DNA of 59,431 nucleotides, filler included, from Xylographa opegraphella (Eukaryota): assembly GCA_022813865.1 (NCBI GenBank). It is 10 parts of 10 records of this genome, joined end to end, with 100 filler letters (N's around TTAATTAATTAA, not from the genome) between each part and the next. Parts side by side here need not be neighbours in the genome. Positions count along the whole stretch, not along the records: positions 24,149 to 30,046 come from JALDZX010000225.1; positions 30,147 to 35,978 come from JALDZX010000226.1; positions 36,079 to 41,897 come from JALDZX010000227.1; 7 more parts are not named here. One strand, 5' to 3'. The notes under the pieces were generated by a model. That model ran no database searches. It was not told the origin of the DNA and saw only the letters and a list, made by a program, of their open reading frames with translations. The position numbers and the translations under genes are program-made. Positions 24,149 to 37,901 of the stretch are shown piece after piece. Every line of letters starts with the position of its first letter. Position 1 is the first letter of the stretch.

Positions 24149-24212
24149 CCGGACACGCTTTAGTCCCGTTCCGTCTATCACTTGTTAAGGTGCCATGTAA
24201 CACGCCGTTACA
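24149..24212. mobile_element. LTR end fragment, family C (inverted)
   Basis: Reverse complement of the family C terminus. Confidence 0.75.
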
Positions 24213-24854
24213 ATCGTGATTTATTTAACGAACTTTTTTAAAATATAAAAAACCTATCGAACGAATTAACAATCAATTTTAAACAAAATTTCGAAACGGA
24301 AACAAACTCGAGTTATTATAATATTTTAGATAGAGAAAATTATAATAAATATAAAAATCTTTATTAGAAATAATTTTAATAATATAAATTAAAAGTATTT
24401 TCGAAGAATTAAAAACATTACGTTATTTATAACGATATAAAAAAAATTTAAACGTTGCACGATTGAAAAATAATAAATATATCAATTTAAAAAAGCATTT
24501 TCGTATTTATAAAATAAAAATTAAAGAATAATTAAAGGTTTTTTGCGAAATAATACCAAATTTAATTTATAAAATAATTACTCGCTGAAAGATTTATTTT
24601 TTAATTAATAAAATAAACGAGCTATTTTTAATATTTTAAATAATCAAATAACACCGAGAATATTATTATTTATAAAATAAACGTTTAACTACAGAATTTA
24701 TAAGCGTTTAATAATATAAAAAATTAAATTATAATTATAAAAAAAATCAGCTATATAATGGCTCGCTAAAATATGTAAACAGAATAAAAAAAGAGAAATA
24801 TAATTCAAGTTAAAATTCAAAATTAAGAACCCGTAATAAATATATTATAATTAC

Positions 24855-25037
24855 TGTGACGATTATGACATCAGTCACAAGTAATAGGGGTCGGGCTGGA
24901 TCAGGACTAGCACCTTGAGTTTATAGTCTTGCCCATGGAGCAGCCTCATCGCTTCTCCATCTTAATCTGGGTTGAAATCGTCCACCTAAAGCTTACGTTC
25001 TAGGCGTGCTTGTGTGGTGAGTTGATGAGCCGTAACA
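24855..25037. mobile_element. Solo LTR, family D (183 bp)
   Basis: TGTGAC...GTAACA. Reverse-complement copies at 29245-29427 and 48055-48237; fragments at 41998-42067 and 47888-47951. Confidence 0.82.
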
Positions 25038-26012
25038 ATACAGGCCGCAGATTTCTGCTGTGATTATGAAAAATGCAAACTCTGGCTGCAAATACTTTGA
25101 TTACTCATTAAAACTTCTACTATATATAATTAATAAAGGTTTTTTTTTCAATTAAAAAACTTCGTATATATATCAATAAAATTTTCGACTTTGTAAATAT
25201 TATTCTTTATTATTCATATAATCACCCGTTTTCAGCAATGCTTGTGATATAATAATAAATAATTACAATTAATTTTTGAAATTTTAAATATAAAATATAT
25301 AATTTTTTTATTAAAGTAAAAATAATCAATATAATTTTTATTAATAAGATATTTCGATAAATTATTTCATTTATATTAATCAATATATTGTTATTTCGAT
25401 TGAAATATATAAATTATTACGATAATTAAATAATGAAATTTACGTTTCATCAATAATTATAAAAATACGTAAAAAGGCTATTGTTTTTTTAAAAAAATTT
25501 ATATTTTATATTATTTATAAAAAAATCTGGAATTCATTTTATGAAACAACGTTATTTTTAACAATTTCTTAAATTTTAATTTTAATTTTTCAATTTTCGT
25601 ATTTCTTAATAACGAATTGATATTTTCGAATCACGATACGAGTTTTAATCATCATAATTTACCATTCGTTCTCATCGAGAAACACGAGATCGCAATTTAG
25701 GGAATTGGCGATTTTCAATAATTCAGAAACCCAGGTGGCCATGTCTCAGGTGATTCCAACGGTGACAATAAAAACAGCGACGCCTCGTTCTTGAAAGTGC
25801 CGCGAGTGCCTGCAGTAATGATTCGCATCCTCGTGCTGTGCCCTCGGATACTTGAACAGAGCTGGAACTTGGGCGATGTATGATTTACTAAGTTCAGCAT
25901 GAAGCGATTTCAATCCACGAAATCAATGAACAAAGGCTAGCCGAACTAGAACAACTGTCGAGAGGGCGCTATGCAATCCTTCACAGAGTGCAATAATCCA
26001 CTGCCATCAATT

Positions 26013-28689
26013 TTACCCTTCTGTTATTTCAGCGGCGAAGTCTTTCCCAATGCTTAGCTCCTTTAGTCCATGTTCATTACCGAGAAAAAGACCTTTCTCG
26101 TTTGCCAAATGAAGTAGACAAATGAAGCAGTAGGATGTTGATATATCAGCCATGGCCTGCTTTGGGTAAACTTTTTGTAAGCTGTTCATAATGGTAGTAA
26201 ATTTCAGGGATGTCCCCTGGTCGACGGTTGATACTAACGGTGTAAAGTTTGATTTAGTCTGTAACGAAAGTCCCTAAAACATGTCAGACATCAAACCGCA
26301 CACGAGGGTCTTGCTGAAATCAGTACCTTTTCGAAACCAATACCCCTCCACAACTCTTCCTTTAGTTTACGCACATCAACCTTCTTGGCTACTTTAGCGA
26401 ATTGAACATATTCTGGTCGAGTTCTTTTACTCTGTGTCACCAGTTGTGAGCCAAACGGCCCCTGCTGAGGAGCTGCTCCATTTGCCAGAACTTCACGGAG
26501 CGTAGGGCCAGAACCCTGTGAAGTCGTATCATGATGGCCGGGCGAAAGGGATTCTCGGGCATCCGCGAAATTATCTTCATCGTCATCCTGGGACATTATC
26601 GGTAACACTAGCCCGTCATCTTGAAAGAAATTTGCGTCGTAATTTCCTCTTGCGTGATCCTCTTTCGTGATGTCACGGTCTCCAAAGCGGTCTTGGTGAG
26701 CCCAAAAGGCTCCATCGACCTCACCGGGCTGATCTCCATTCCGGGATTTATCAGGCTTTGCAGTTGTTCCTTTGCTGCCTGCAAATGCCTTTGGCTTGAG
26801 AAACAGCTGTAAAAGCTGTCTCGAATGAAAGTGTTTATCGTCTGGCAGAAGATGTCTAGTCTTCGACGTCCATTGCGTCTTAGGCAAACCGATTGTTGAG
26901 TTGGAAACACCAGCTGTGTAGATCAGCTCAGCCAGAGCAGTATCTAACGGTGCTGCGAAATCGACCTCGAAGGATTCCCTTTCCTTGCGTCTCGAGGGAG
27001 CAAGCCGCGAAGTTTTCCTAAGATCTTTCATCCGTCTTATTCTCCAGTGCTCTGGCCCAGCCCAATTCTTCGTCAGCACGTTATCGAAATAACTGAGAAT
27101 ATTCTGATGGAGGTCACCATAACTCTTATGTTGCAGTGTAACTCCGTAGCGACCACTATATGCTTTGAATTGGCCGCTTTCCGGACAGTTGTCTGGTGTA
27201 TCTGATTCTGTGATTGCGTTTGGTAGAAAATTTTCTCCATCGCACATTTGAGTTTTTAAAGCTGCATCTTTTGCCCATACCTCACCACCATCACCGAAAC
27301 CCGTATCTGCAGGCATAACGAATTCTCCCAGGAGTCCGTCATCTTCATCGAAGCCAGCAGAGTTCTCATCATCAAGCATAATTCCTGAGCGATCGCCAAT
27401 ATTCCGCACAGGTTCATCCATATCTGCATGACATCCACCAAGAGCTCTCGGCAAAGGCATAGCTATACTTCCCGCATGATCACCAAGATCGACGTTCCTG
27501 AATGATGGACAAATATCCCGGTCAGCTAGCGCACCTATATTCGGGAAAAACATAGTCCTGAGTGTTGGCAAACTGTTCTCTTCAATGTCGGGCTCGGTGA
27601 CCACTGCTAACCGGCAGATAAGCTCTTCATGATCGCCTCCAGGCTGAGTACATCCTTCATCATGTGTCAAGCTACTGGTTCTTCTTATGTCTCCACTTTT
27701 ATCAGTGGCTGTCTCAACTTCCTCACTGCTATCAAAGACAATTCGACCTTGGACATCAATGCCGAGATGGTTCAGAAGCAGGCCTTTGGCTCCTCCCTCA
27801 TCAAAGTCCGCTGAGGCTTTCTTAAAAAGAGGATCAATGGAGAACTCTAGCTCAAACTTCTTCAGCTGGAGAGGTGTAAAAGAGGGCGCTAGAGTAGCCT
27901 CTGACGATCGTTGAGTCTGCGTCTGTCAGCTTGATCATGAGCTGATCCGGGTTCCGAGCTTACACTTTTCTTGACACGCCTCTTGGCACTATCCTCTGCT
28001 TTTTCCTCCTGATCTTCCTCCGCACCAGGATTGTCCACTTCAACGTGATTCTGTTTCCTGTTGCCGCTACCAGCCAGACCGCTCAGTAATTTGCCCGTCT
28101 CATTAGCCACGCTGTCTACTCGACTGGTGTAGATTTTTACACAGCCATCCAACGTGCAGCTTGCTTTCTGAAAGTTGACGCCATCGCCTTCTTTCAGTAA
28201 TGACATATCATGGAAGTAATCGATAAGAGCAAAATTCCAAGAATTGGTTGCATTGATTTTGTTGTCTGTCGCCATCTTCATCCACTCCTCGAAATTGGCC
28301 AGAATTGGCACGCGTTTCATGGGAGTCATGGCGCCACATCCAATTGCGATCAGAAGACCCCCGACCTCCCTTTTCTCCTTACTTTCCATTCGGTAGCCTT
28401 GTGATGTTCTCGGACTGTTGCTGGAAATCCATTCATGGCTGCTGATTCTACGTACAGGCGAGGCTGCTGCTTTGATTTGATTCATTTGCAGATCGTGTAA
28501 GGCCTGCCGGGTTTGCAATCGAACTGCTTTTTCTCTGCGGTCATCGTTTAGTGGAATCCTAAAAAGTGTATTAGTCGTAGTAAGTTTGCTCTTGGCAAAG
28601 GATCTTCTGGCTAACTTGAGGGGCGGCTGCTTCTGTGGCGATACAGCCACTGTGAGATTCGCCCGAGGGCCACTGGCGACTTTGGGCAT
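26013..28689 (-). CDS. BRN1: Condensin complex subunit 2 (kleisin Barren/Cnd2/Brn1)
   Basis: NFEEWMKMATDNKINATNSWNFALIDYFHDM, NFQKASCTLDGCVKIYTSRVDSV, DPLFKKASADFDEGGAKGLL, NWAGPEHW, AKKVDVRKLK and C-terminal ISTSYCFICLLHLANEKGL. Introns near 28615-28559, 27960-27905 and 26325-26245. Confidence 0.93.
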
Positions 28690-29244
28690 TGTGTTGGGAT
28701 TGATGAACGGTGTTGCTTTCTGGAGTACAAGGGACAAACATCGATAAACATTTCAAGCTCTCATGATATTGCTACTTCTTTCATCAAAAAGCGTTGCTCG
28801 TCTACGATGTAGTATTCACTGTTATTGATATAAGTGGTAAACAGTGAGGAAATTAAGCGAAGCCCAATCCACATAGACACGCGTTCGTGCCGAGGCACAC
28901 TTTTAGCGCGCTCCTAGCCCAAAGGGTGACCAATTCAAATCGCGGGCGAGCCAGCACTAGTCCTGAAGAGGATTATGATGTATTACTTTATGATATCCCT
29001 TGTCGGGATCGTTCTCCAACATACTTAAGGCCTTGATATATTTAAAGGCAGTTTGTTATATATTTATATAAAGTTTTTTATTATTTATATTATTTTTACG
29101 ACTCGTTTTTATTATATATAATATGTTAAAAATAATATTGTTTGATAAATTACTTTTTATATTGCTTGAAAATAATATAAACGTCAATTTATTTTTAAAG
29201 TAACGTAGTTATATATAAAAAATTATTAAAAATTATTTTACATA

Positions 29245-29427
29245 TGTTACGGCTCATCAACTCACCACACAAGCACGCCTAGAACGTAAGCTTTAGGTGG
29301 ACGATTTCAACCCAGATTAAGATGGAGAAGCGATGAGGCTGCTCCATNNNNNNNNNNNNNNACTCAAGGTGCTAGTCCTGATCCAGCCCGACCCCTATTA
29401 CTTGTGACTGATGTCATAATCGTCACA
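29245..29427. mobile_element. Solo LTR, family D (small internal N gap)
   Basis: Reverse complement of 24855-25037. Flanks ACATA/ATATA fit a 5-bp TSD with one C>T change. Confidence 0.82.
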
Positions 29428-29984
29428 ATATATATATTAATAAATAAACTAATAAAGAATTGATTTTATATTATTTATTTATTTTAATTGATTATAAACT
29501 CGAGTTTGGGTAACGATTAAAATAATTAATCGCAGAAAATAATTTATTATTTAATAATTTATTATACAAAAACTATAAAGAAATATTATTACAATTATTA
29601 ACTACACGTTTTTTATGATACAAATATATATATATATATATATATATATTATACGATTTTCACTACGCGTTTTAAAATAAATTGATAAATTATATAATTT
29701 TTTGATAAAATAAACAAATATATTTTTAACGATTTTTATTACACGTTTTTAACTTTTTTTTAAAAAAAATTACGAAACTCGCGGCAGCTAAATACGTAAA
29801 ATTTAAATTTATATATATACGAAATTATTAATTACTCAAAGTTATTATATATGTTTTTATTAATAATTAAATATTAAAATAAGTATTTCATTTTGATAAA
29901 AAAACTTTATTGCGAGTCGAATTTTATTTTATTTTAAAAAATATTTCGAGAATTTCGCAAACAGGTTTAAATTTCATAAGTAAT

Positions 29985-30046
29985 ATTATTTATTATTTAT
30001 TATTTATTATTTATTATTTATTATTTATTATTTATTATTTATTATT
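29985..30046. repeat. 7-bp tandem repeat (TATTTAT)n
   Basis: Direct copies running into the gap. Confidence 0.85.
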
Positions 30047-30146
30047 NNNNNNNNNNNNNNNNNNNNNNNNNNNNNNNNNNNNNNNNNNNNTTAATTAATT
30101 AANNNNNNNNNNNNNNNNNNNNNNNNNNNNNNNNNNNNNNNNNNNN

Positions 30147-30209
30147 TCATTGACGAATCCAACCCAGATCCTTAATCGAACTATACTAGTGAGAGGCAGG
30201 ATCGTAACA
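30147..30209. mobile_element. LTR end fragment, family A
   Basis: Matches 1-60. Confidence 0.75.
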
Positions 30210-30484
30210 CAACGCAATCGCCGAGTTAATTAATAAAAATAAATTATAAAATTTTAATTCGAAATAAAATTTATAGCAGTTCGTAATAATAACGCTTTTA
30301 AATTTAAATTTATTTTAAACGATTCAGGAGTAAATATTAAAATCGTTTCGTAATATACAATATTTTATGAATTAGTATAAAATAACGTTGTCGAACGATT
30401 ACTATAAATCTCGAAAAATTTATTACGCGTTATATTTAAAAATATAAAAAATTTCATTAAATTTTAAATAAAAATTAAATTAAT

Positions 30485-33400
30485 TGTTGAAAATCCAGGG
30501 GGTTAGCAGCCTGTGTTGTCGGCTTGTACTATAGCCAATTAGGACTAGCTTAGTACAGGACTCGAAGAGTCTTCTAAAGCTTCCGCTTCAGGAGAACTCT
30601 TCACTTTCTTAGTGATTAAGCAATGCACTGCTATCTGCTGCCAAAACCCCTGTGCCTAGTAATTAAATTTAATAGATTATAAGCCCGGCTAGCCTACAGT
30701 GTTTTAATTCACTAGTTGGTCTAGATTACGGCTGAGGAAGTTTAGGACCTAAAATATAACTAAAAAGATTTGACTTACGCGTCTGGAAGAGACTCGAAAG
30801 AAGTATAAATCGATCACGAGTTGCTAGCATAAGTCTAAAGCTACGAATTCAAAACGTGAATACGTATAAATATATGCAGCTAGAATAAGGACTAATAAAG
30901 GAAAAACTAGGGTCGAATACTCGTGGTACGGCAGCTTAATACGGGCGTAACAAGCACAGTATTTACTTAATGAAGTAAATCCTTTGGCCTCTTAAGGAAG
31001 AAGCCAGGAAATAGAGCCGGCAGCTTGCTACGGACGCAACAAGCACAAACTCTTTAAATTCTTTAACTTTTAACCTTTATTTCCTTCAATTAAGCATTAT
31101 TACGCGTTTTATTTCCTATAATTCAATTTTTAAAACAATATGGACTACGACAGCGAGAGAACCCCGGTTATTCTAACTTTATTAAGCGATATTTATACCA
31201 GATGGTTCAACCTAGTCAAGACTACCTTTAAAGTAAAAGATATCGAGTACGTCCTTACGCAAGGCCAAAATAAATACTTTTTAATCATTTAGTTTGACGA
31301 GTTGAAGATCAGTAAGGCAGGACCCAATAAAGGTAAAGGCGCCGATCTTGGTACCGAGTCGAAGGACGCTTCTCAAGCCGCCTCCCCAGCGAGCTCCGCT
31401 TCATCAGGCACAAGAAAGATCTTCAATCTTGAAAAGAATAAACAGTGGAAGAAGGACAACGCGAAAGCAAAGTTTATAGTTTTTAAAGCCCTTGGAGAGT
31501 TCGACTACGATGCAGTCTTAGAATATATTTTAATTAAAGGAATATAGGTTTATTTTTAAAAGCGCTACTATGACGATCGTGACTCCGTCGGCTTTAGCTC
31601 GCTGCAGGCGCTGGTGACCTATAAGAAATCCGCTGACATATTAATTACTAATGCCTGGATTGACATTAGAAAGATTAAAGCAAGACTAGCGCAGTCTGAC
31701 TCTACAATGGCGAAGTCGTTTGGGCAATAGCAGAAGCTTATGCTACTCCTTCAGGGCCTACCGGATGAATACATGGTTCTTATGGATACTTTTCAAGGCT
31801 CACAAATTTCGTTCGAAAACCGCTTCGCGCGTCTGTTAGACAAGGAAGATGAACTAAAACGACGTGACTCTATTGCCTTAATGGCGCGTGGTTTAAGAAA
31901 TCGCCCTTAAAAGAAGGATAGTTTTCGAAGTCGCGGTCGGCGAGGTTCCTCTGGCTCCGAAAAGGAAGAACCTAGGAGTTATGCGAAATGCCACATCTGC
32001 AAGAAATCATCACACCTTGTTCTTGACTGCCCCTTCCTGTCTAATGCGCAAGAATTTGCAAAACGCCAGCTAAGTAGGTCCCGTACATCAACACCTTCAG
32101 GAAGCTCTCGAAACCCTGCACCATCCGGCAAGCGCCAAATAAGCAGCCGATTCAACAGCAAGTCTTCGAAAGGCCGAAAGAACGGCAAAGGCAGAGCCTA
32201 CGACGCGGAATCTAACGACGAGGCCGACCTAACAAGCTCAGATAGCGACGACTCGGAGCAGGAAGTCGAAACAGCCGCAATTTCGAAAGAGGCCGCAAGT
32301 AAGATACCTAGCTCGAAATGGATAGCCGACTCCGGTGCGTCATCATATATAACTGATCAACTCAAACTTTTTAGTGGCCCCCTAGTTCACATACGGAGGC
32401 GCACAATCAAAGTTGGAGTGGGGAAGTTGTATACAGACTACGTCGGCGAAGTGTTGCTTAAGGCAGGAGGCAGGAAGGTTACGCTCTCAAACGTCTATTA
32501 CGTTCCAGGGCTTAGAGTCGATCTACTGTCAGGCAAGAAGCTATGTGAAAGCGGCCTCGAGGGTCAATTTGATGCGAAGGTTTTGCGAATGCGTTCGAAA
32601 AGCGGCAAAACAATGGTTAAAGCTACTCAGGCAGGGGGAATTTATATAGACAACTGGATCTCGGAAGACATCAACAGACAATATGCCCTGAGCGCTCATG
32701 CTGTCAAGCCAAATCAGCAGCCAAAGCTATCAAGACTAAACGAGACTGCGTTACCAGCTGCGTTGCCTCGTGAAGCGTTAGACTTAAACAAGGATAATCC
32801 ACCAAACGCCGGCCTCGAAGAAGAAGCTATATCCCTATCTGACCTTAATACCTACAAGCGGTGGCACAGACGCTTCGATCATCTAGGGCCCGGAATCCTG
32901 CGGCACATGCATAAAGTAACTACGCTGTCCAAAGCAATCCCTACTCCAAAATCAGACCAGCCATGCGAGACCTGTGCCTTGACCAAAATGCGAAACAGAA
33001 GAAACAAGCAGCTAAAAGAGCACAAGTCAGAGCTTTTGAACCTGGTCTCAATTGATGTCTGCGGTCCATTCCCTACCTCGCTAAACGGGTGCCAACACTT
33101 CCTAGAAATAGTCGACAACCACTCAAGAAAGACCTGGGCCATTCCGGTTAAAACTCGCGATCTGATACCAAACGCTCTGTCGGAATGGAAGTTAAACGTC
33201 GAGCTTCAAACGGGTAGTAAAGTTCACGCAGTACGTAGCGACAATGCGCCTGAACTTAAGGAAATACTTAACTCGTGGTGCTCTTCACAAGGCATCGCCC
33301 CTGAGTATACCGTCCTTTACATGTCAAGCCAAAACGGCGTAGCCGAGAGGGCTATTCAGACGTCAGAAAATTCGATGCGAGCTATGCTTAAAGACTCAGG

Positions 33401-35978
33401 ACTTCCGTTGGAATTCTGGGATAGGGCTGTAGTGGCCGACGCCTACCTAAGGAACAGAACTGCAACAGGGCCTGTCGCTGATGGCAAACTAACCAGCCCC
33501 GAAGAGGCATGGACAAGCGAGGTCCCCTCGATCGATCACGTCAGAATATGGGGCTGCAAGTGCTACTCCTACGTCGACCCTAAATCACTTCCTGCAAAAT
33601 CTAGGCACGACAAGCTTATAGATCGGGGGAGAATAGCAGTCCTTGTTGGATACGACGAAGGGACTACGAGCCAGTACCAAGTCTATGCGCCTGATATGCA
33701 TGCGGTGATTAAAGCCTCCGTAGTAAAATTTGACGAAGACGCTAAAGGAGGCGATCTTGAGCTGAAGCTCCCTAAGATAACAGCGGTCGGAAAGAATGCC
33801 CTTAAGATAGTTCGCCCGGGCTGGAATGGCGAATCCAATACAGTGCCCGACCGAAAGCCTCGAGGACGACCGCCGAAGGCTACTCCATCGCAGGGGGAGC
33901 CAATCACAGCAGCCCAGAAGGCCCCGGAGGCTCCAGTAATCCAGCAAGAACACCCGCCGCCCATTGTACCCGAACAGCTCACTGAGCCACCCGATACATC
34001 AATCGCCAGCGACCCTGAGCGCAAGGATGTTCAAGATCTAGTTGCAACCAAACTGTTCTCCTACGTGAAGATCCCTAAAAGACGCAGGAACGACGAGGAT
34101 AATAACGACGCAGCGGAATGCCTAATTAAACGGGTTCGAGCTCTTCTGGCCTTCTCTGCATACGAGGACGAAATTAGCTCAGACGAAAGTAATGCTGACG
34201 ATATAAACCACATCGCTAAGCATATCTGCGGTCTTATTGCTATGGCTGCCCGCGAGGACGAATTTGATCAAGATGCAGAAGTGGTAGACGTACCGCTACT
34301 TTACCGGATCCCTATACCTACGACCTATGAAGAAGCGATTTCAGACCTTATATACGGTAAATTCTGGCTGGCAGCCGCAAACCTTGAAGTGGAGGCCTTA
34401 ACAGCAAACAGGACATGGGATTTCGTTAAAGCACCTCGAGGCGTAAACCTTGTGACTAATAAGTGTGGTTTCAGCGTTAAGTATACCACCCAAGGAGCAA
34501 TTGAGCGCTACAAGGCTCGACTAGTAGCACGAGGATTTTTACAGGTCCATAGGGTAGATTATATAATAAGACCTTCGCTCCCACTATGCGGCTAGACACA
34601 CTTCGAGTCTTTATAGCTATTGTGGCTATGATGGACCTCGAATGCGAGCAAGTGGATGTAAGCAACGCTTTTACCGAAGCGGAGCTTAACGAAGAAATCT
34701 ATATGACGCCACCAAAAGGTGTTGTAGTGCCTCCTGGAATGGTCCTGCTTCTGCGCAAGAGTCTTTATGGGCTGAAACAAGCCGCACGAGACTGGAACAC
34801 GAAGATTACCAGAGCGCTGGTTAAACTAGGGTTTATTCAAAGTCACGTGGACCCTTGCTTGTTAATTCATAGGGAGCGCGGTATTATTCTACTGCTTTAC
34901 GTCGACGACATAGCAATCGCTTCAAAGGACATTAAGCAAATCAAATGGTTCAAAACTCAGCTTGCAGGTGCCTTTAAGATCAAGGATCTGGGGGAGATAA
35001 GAAAGATCCTAGGCATAGAAGTCACCCGCAATCGCAAGCTACGAACGATTAAGCTTAGCCAAGGACGTTATATTTAAAAGGTTCTGAAATCCGTTGGCAT
35101 AACGACCGACAAGCATAAATCTACTAGAGTGCCTTTTAATAGCGAAGAATATTTACGCCTAGCAAGGCCTGACGATAAAAGAGTGGACGTAAAGGAATAC
35201 CAGAAGCTTATTGGAAGTCTTATACACGCCCAAGTATACACGCGCCCAGACATCGCTTTCGCCCTTAATAAGCTAAACTAATATATAAGCGACCCAGCAG
35301 AACATTATTTAGTAGGGGCCAAATACCTGCTTAAATACATGCGAACCACTGCGGACGTTGGAATATGCTTTAGGCCAGAGCCGAAGGAGGAAAGAAATCT
35401 TTATGGGTTTACCAACGCAGCCTACGCAGACGACAAGCAAGATTGAAAATTAATGTTTAAGTACGTCTTTAAGTTGGCTGGAGGACCTATCTCCTAAGCA
35501 AGCCGCAAGCAGAAATCAGTGTCTACGTTAATCACCGAAGCTGAATACGTAGCCTTGTTAGTGGGAACCCGCCAAGCACAATAGCTGACCCAGCTCCTTC
35601 GAGAACTAGGATGCCCACAGTACCTTGGGGCGGACCCCTACTGCGAAGACCTTAGGGGGGACAATCAGGGCTCGCTAGCGCTCACCCAGAACCCATATCT
35701 TCATGAACGCTCCAAGCACATCGACGTAATGTATCATCATATTCGAGACCTGGCAAAGCAAAATCGAATCAAGGTAACGTACGTGCCTACACAGGATATA
35801 GCCGCGGACGGGCTAACTATGGTGCTAAATCCTACTAAATATAAACAGTTTACAAGGCTTCTGGGTATATCAAGCAGTAGGAGTGCTGCAGTCGTTAGGG
35901 GATGTCACAACAAAGGCTGAGTGGGAGTGTTGAAAATCCAGGGGGTTAGCAGCCTGTGTTGTCGGCTTGTACTATAGC
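30485..35978 (+). mobile_element. Ty1/copia LTR retrotransposon, nearly full length, partly RIP-mutated
   Basis: 5' LTR about 30485-30674; mutated PBS GATTATAAGCCC at 30675; purine-rich tract GAGTGGGAG before the 3' LTR. The 3' LTR starts at 35928 and its first 51 nt are identical to the 5' LTR. Domain order gag-PR-IN-RT-RH. Confidence 0.95.
31140..35920 (+). pseudogene. copia gag-pol polyprotein, disrupted
   Basis: Zn knuckle CHICKKSSHLVLDC (31989), protease WIADSGAS (32319), WHRRFDH, integrase VRSDN and QNGVAER, RT YKARLVARGF, SLYGLKQA and YVDD, RNase H ADGLT. In-frame stops in gag and RT/RH; frameshift near 34560. Confidence 0.92.
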
Positions 35979-36078
35979 NNNNNNNNNNNNNNNNNNNNNN
36001 NNNNNNNNNNNNNNNNNNNNNNTTAATTAATTAANNNNNNNNNNNNNNNNNNNNNNNNNNNNNNNNNNNNNNNNNNNN

Positions 36079-36225
36079 GATTTTTGATTTTTGATTTTTG
36101 ATTTTTGATTTTTGATTTTTGATTTTTGATTTTTGATTTTTGCTTTTTGATTTTTGATTTTTGCTTTTTGATTTTTGATTTTTGCTGTTTGCTGATTTAT
36201 GATTTTTGCTGTTTGCTGATTTATT
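36079..36225. repeat. 7-bp tandem repeat (GATTTTT)n, degenerating
   Basis: Direct copies at the contig start, with GCTTTTT/GCTGTTT variants further in. Confidence 0.9.
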
Positions 36226-36382
36226 ATTTAACTATTTTACAATTAATCATGTATATATTGAATAACACAAAAGGGTTTCGCGGTTTTTTTGTCGAACACT
36301 TGGAAACGACTTCTCTGCGTCTCTGCTCCGGTAAAACCCGCCTGAGTATTTACTACAGCTATCTTCACCAGTAGCGTTTAGA

Positions 36383-37213
36383 ATGCTCGCTCTCGGGGCT
36401 ACCCGAGGCTTCTCCGTGCTGCGAAGGCCTCCGAGGGCTTACGATTGCCACGTACCTCTTACAAATATCGAAAGATGTACCCTAGCAATAGGTGCAGCTG
36501 TTATCTCACTTATCAACCCAAGGCGCGGAGGTACTATCGCTATAAGCAAGCTCAGCAAAACTACTGACTATTAACGTATAGATCTCATTGCTACACTGGG
36601 TGAAACAACGGCCACACCCTACTTCATCTACCGTCTTCGTGACATCATGCTTTCCTCGCCTACTGGTCGGCGAATTCTCCGGGACCGACCCCGTATTACA
36701 TCGCAAACAATATCACTTTCATACCTTCGTAAGCTTCCAGATAGCAGCATTGGGCGTACCTACGCGACGTGGTTGGACCGGGAGGGAGTCACTCCAGACA
36801 CACGAGAAAGCGTCAAGTACATTGACAACGAAGAGAGCGCATATGTCATGCAACGATACAGGGAATGCCATGATTTCTACCACGCCTTGACTGGTCTTCC
36901 TGTTCTGGTTGAAGGAGAGATCTCACTTAAGGCTTTCGAATTTACGAACACGCTGCTCCCAGTGGCCGGCTTAAGCATGCTTGCCGTGACCAGGCTGAAG
37001 CCAGCTGAAAGAAGGCGGTTTTGGGAAACCTACCTTTCCTGGGCTTTACACAACGGACTCTGGTGCAAAGACATCATCAATGTGTATTGGGAGGAGGTCC
37101 TAGAGACGGATGTGGCTGACATGAGAGTGGAATTGGGCCTAGATAAACCGCCAGATCTAAGGCAGACGAGAAGCAACAGGCATATCAGAAGAAGTCGTCG
37201 AAATGAAACCTGA
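36383..37213 (+). CDS. COQ4: Ubiquinone biosynthesis protein Coq4
   Basis: [15 protein letters not shown] across intron 36531-36581, [11 protein letters not shown], and [18 protein letters not shown]...[10 protein letters not shown] (HDxxH motif). Confidence 0.95.
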
Positions 37214-37334
37214 ACTGCATTGGTGGCTTGCATGCTTTATGAATCCATAGACAGTCCTGCTGATTGTTCGGTGCAGCTGTCATAATGACCACGAAATATA
37301 CACTTGTGTATAGTGACTATCGCATGGACGTAGG

Positions 37335-37901
37335 TCATGATCTTCTATGACATCCAGCAAGGTCGTCGTCGTCATCATCCCACAACCCTTTTCGCCTGGT
37401 AACCTGGATATTGCCACCACCGTCTTTCTCCCGGCTATCGTCTGCTACCGCACCCAATAATTCTTTCAATTGAGCCTCCGAAACTTTGCTCCGTAGTTGG
37501 CCTGACTTCGCCATCATGATTAATCTGCTTTCAATATCCGTTGCCCTAGACTCCTTCACAAGACGGATTCGTCCAAGGCGATCGGCTGCTTCGGGAGTGA
37601 GAATTTGAGCTAGAATCGAGGTACGAGCATCGGCTTGTCACCATTATTTACGGCCGCTCAGCAAAGAAACTGTACAGTCACAATACCTTGATGCCTAATA
37701 TTTGTGATCAATACTTATAAAGGCAGTAGGGGACTCTACATTACTCTCGTTGCTCGGTTTGACTTCCAGATACTCCCCCGCCTCCTGACCCGCCTCCTTG
37801 CTGAAGCTGCGCCAAGCGTATTTTTCTGATCTGGTAGCCGTCAGCTATAGAGTAGCTAGTCAGATTCTATGGCTGACTTCATCAAGATCTTTGTCAGCCA
37901 T
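37335..37901 (-). CDS. PDCD5-family double-stranded-DNA-binding protein (multi-exon)
   Basis: MADKDLDE|IRKIRLAQLQQ...SILAQILTPEAADRLGRIRLVKESRATDIESRLIMMAKSGQLRSKVSEAQLKELL. Confidence 0.9.
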
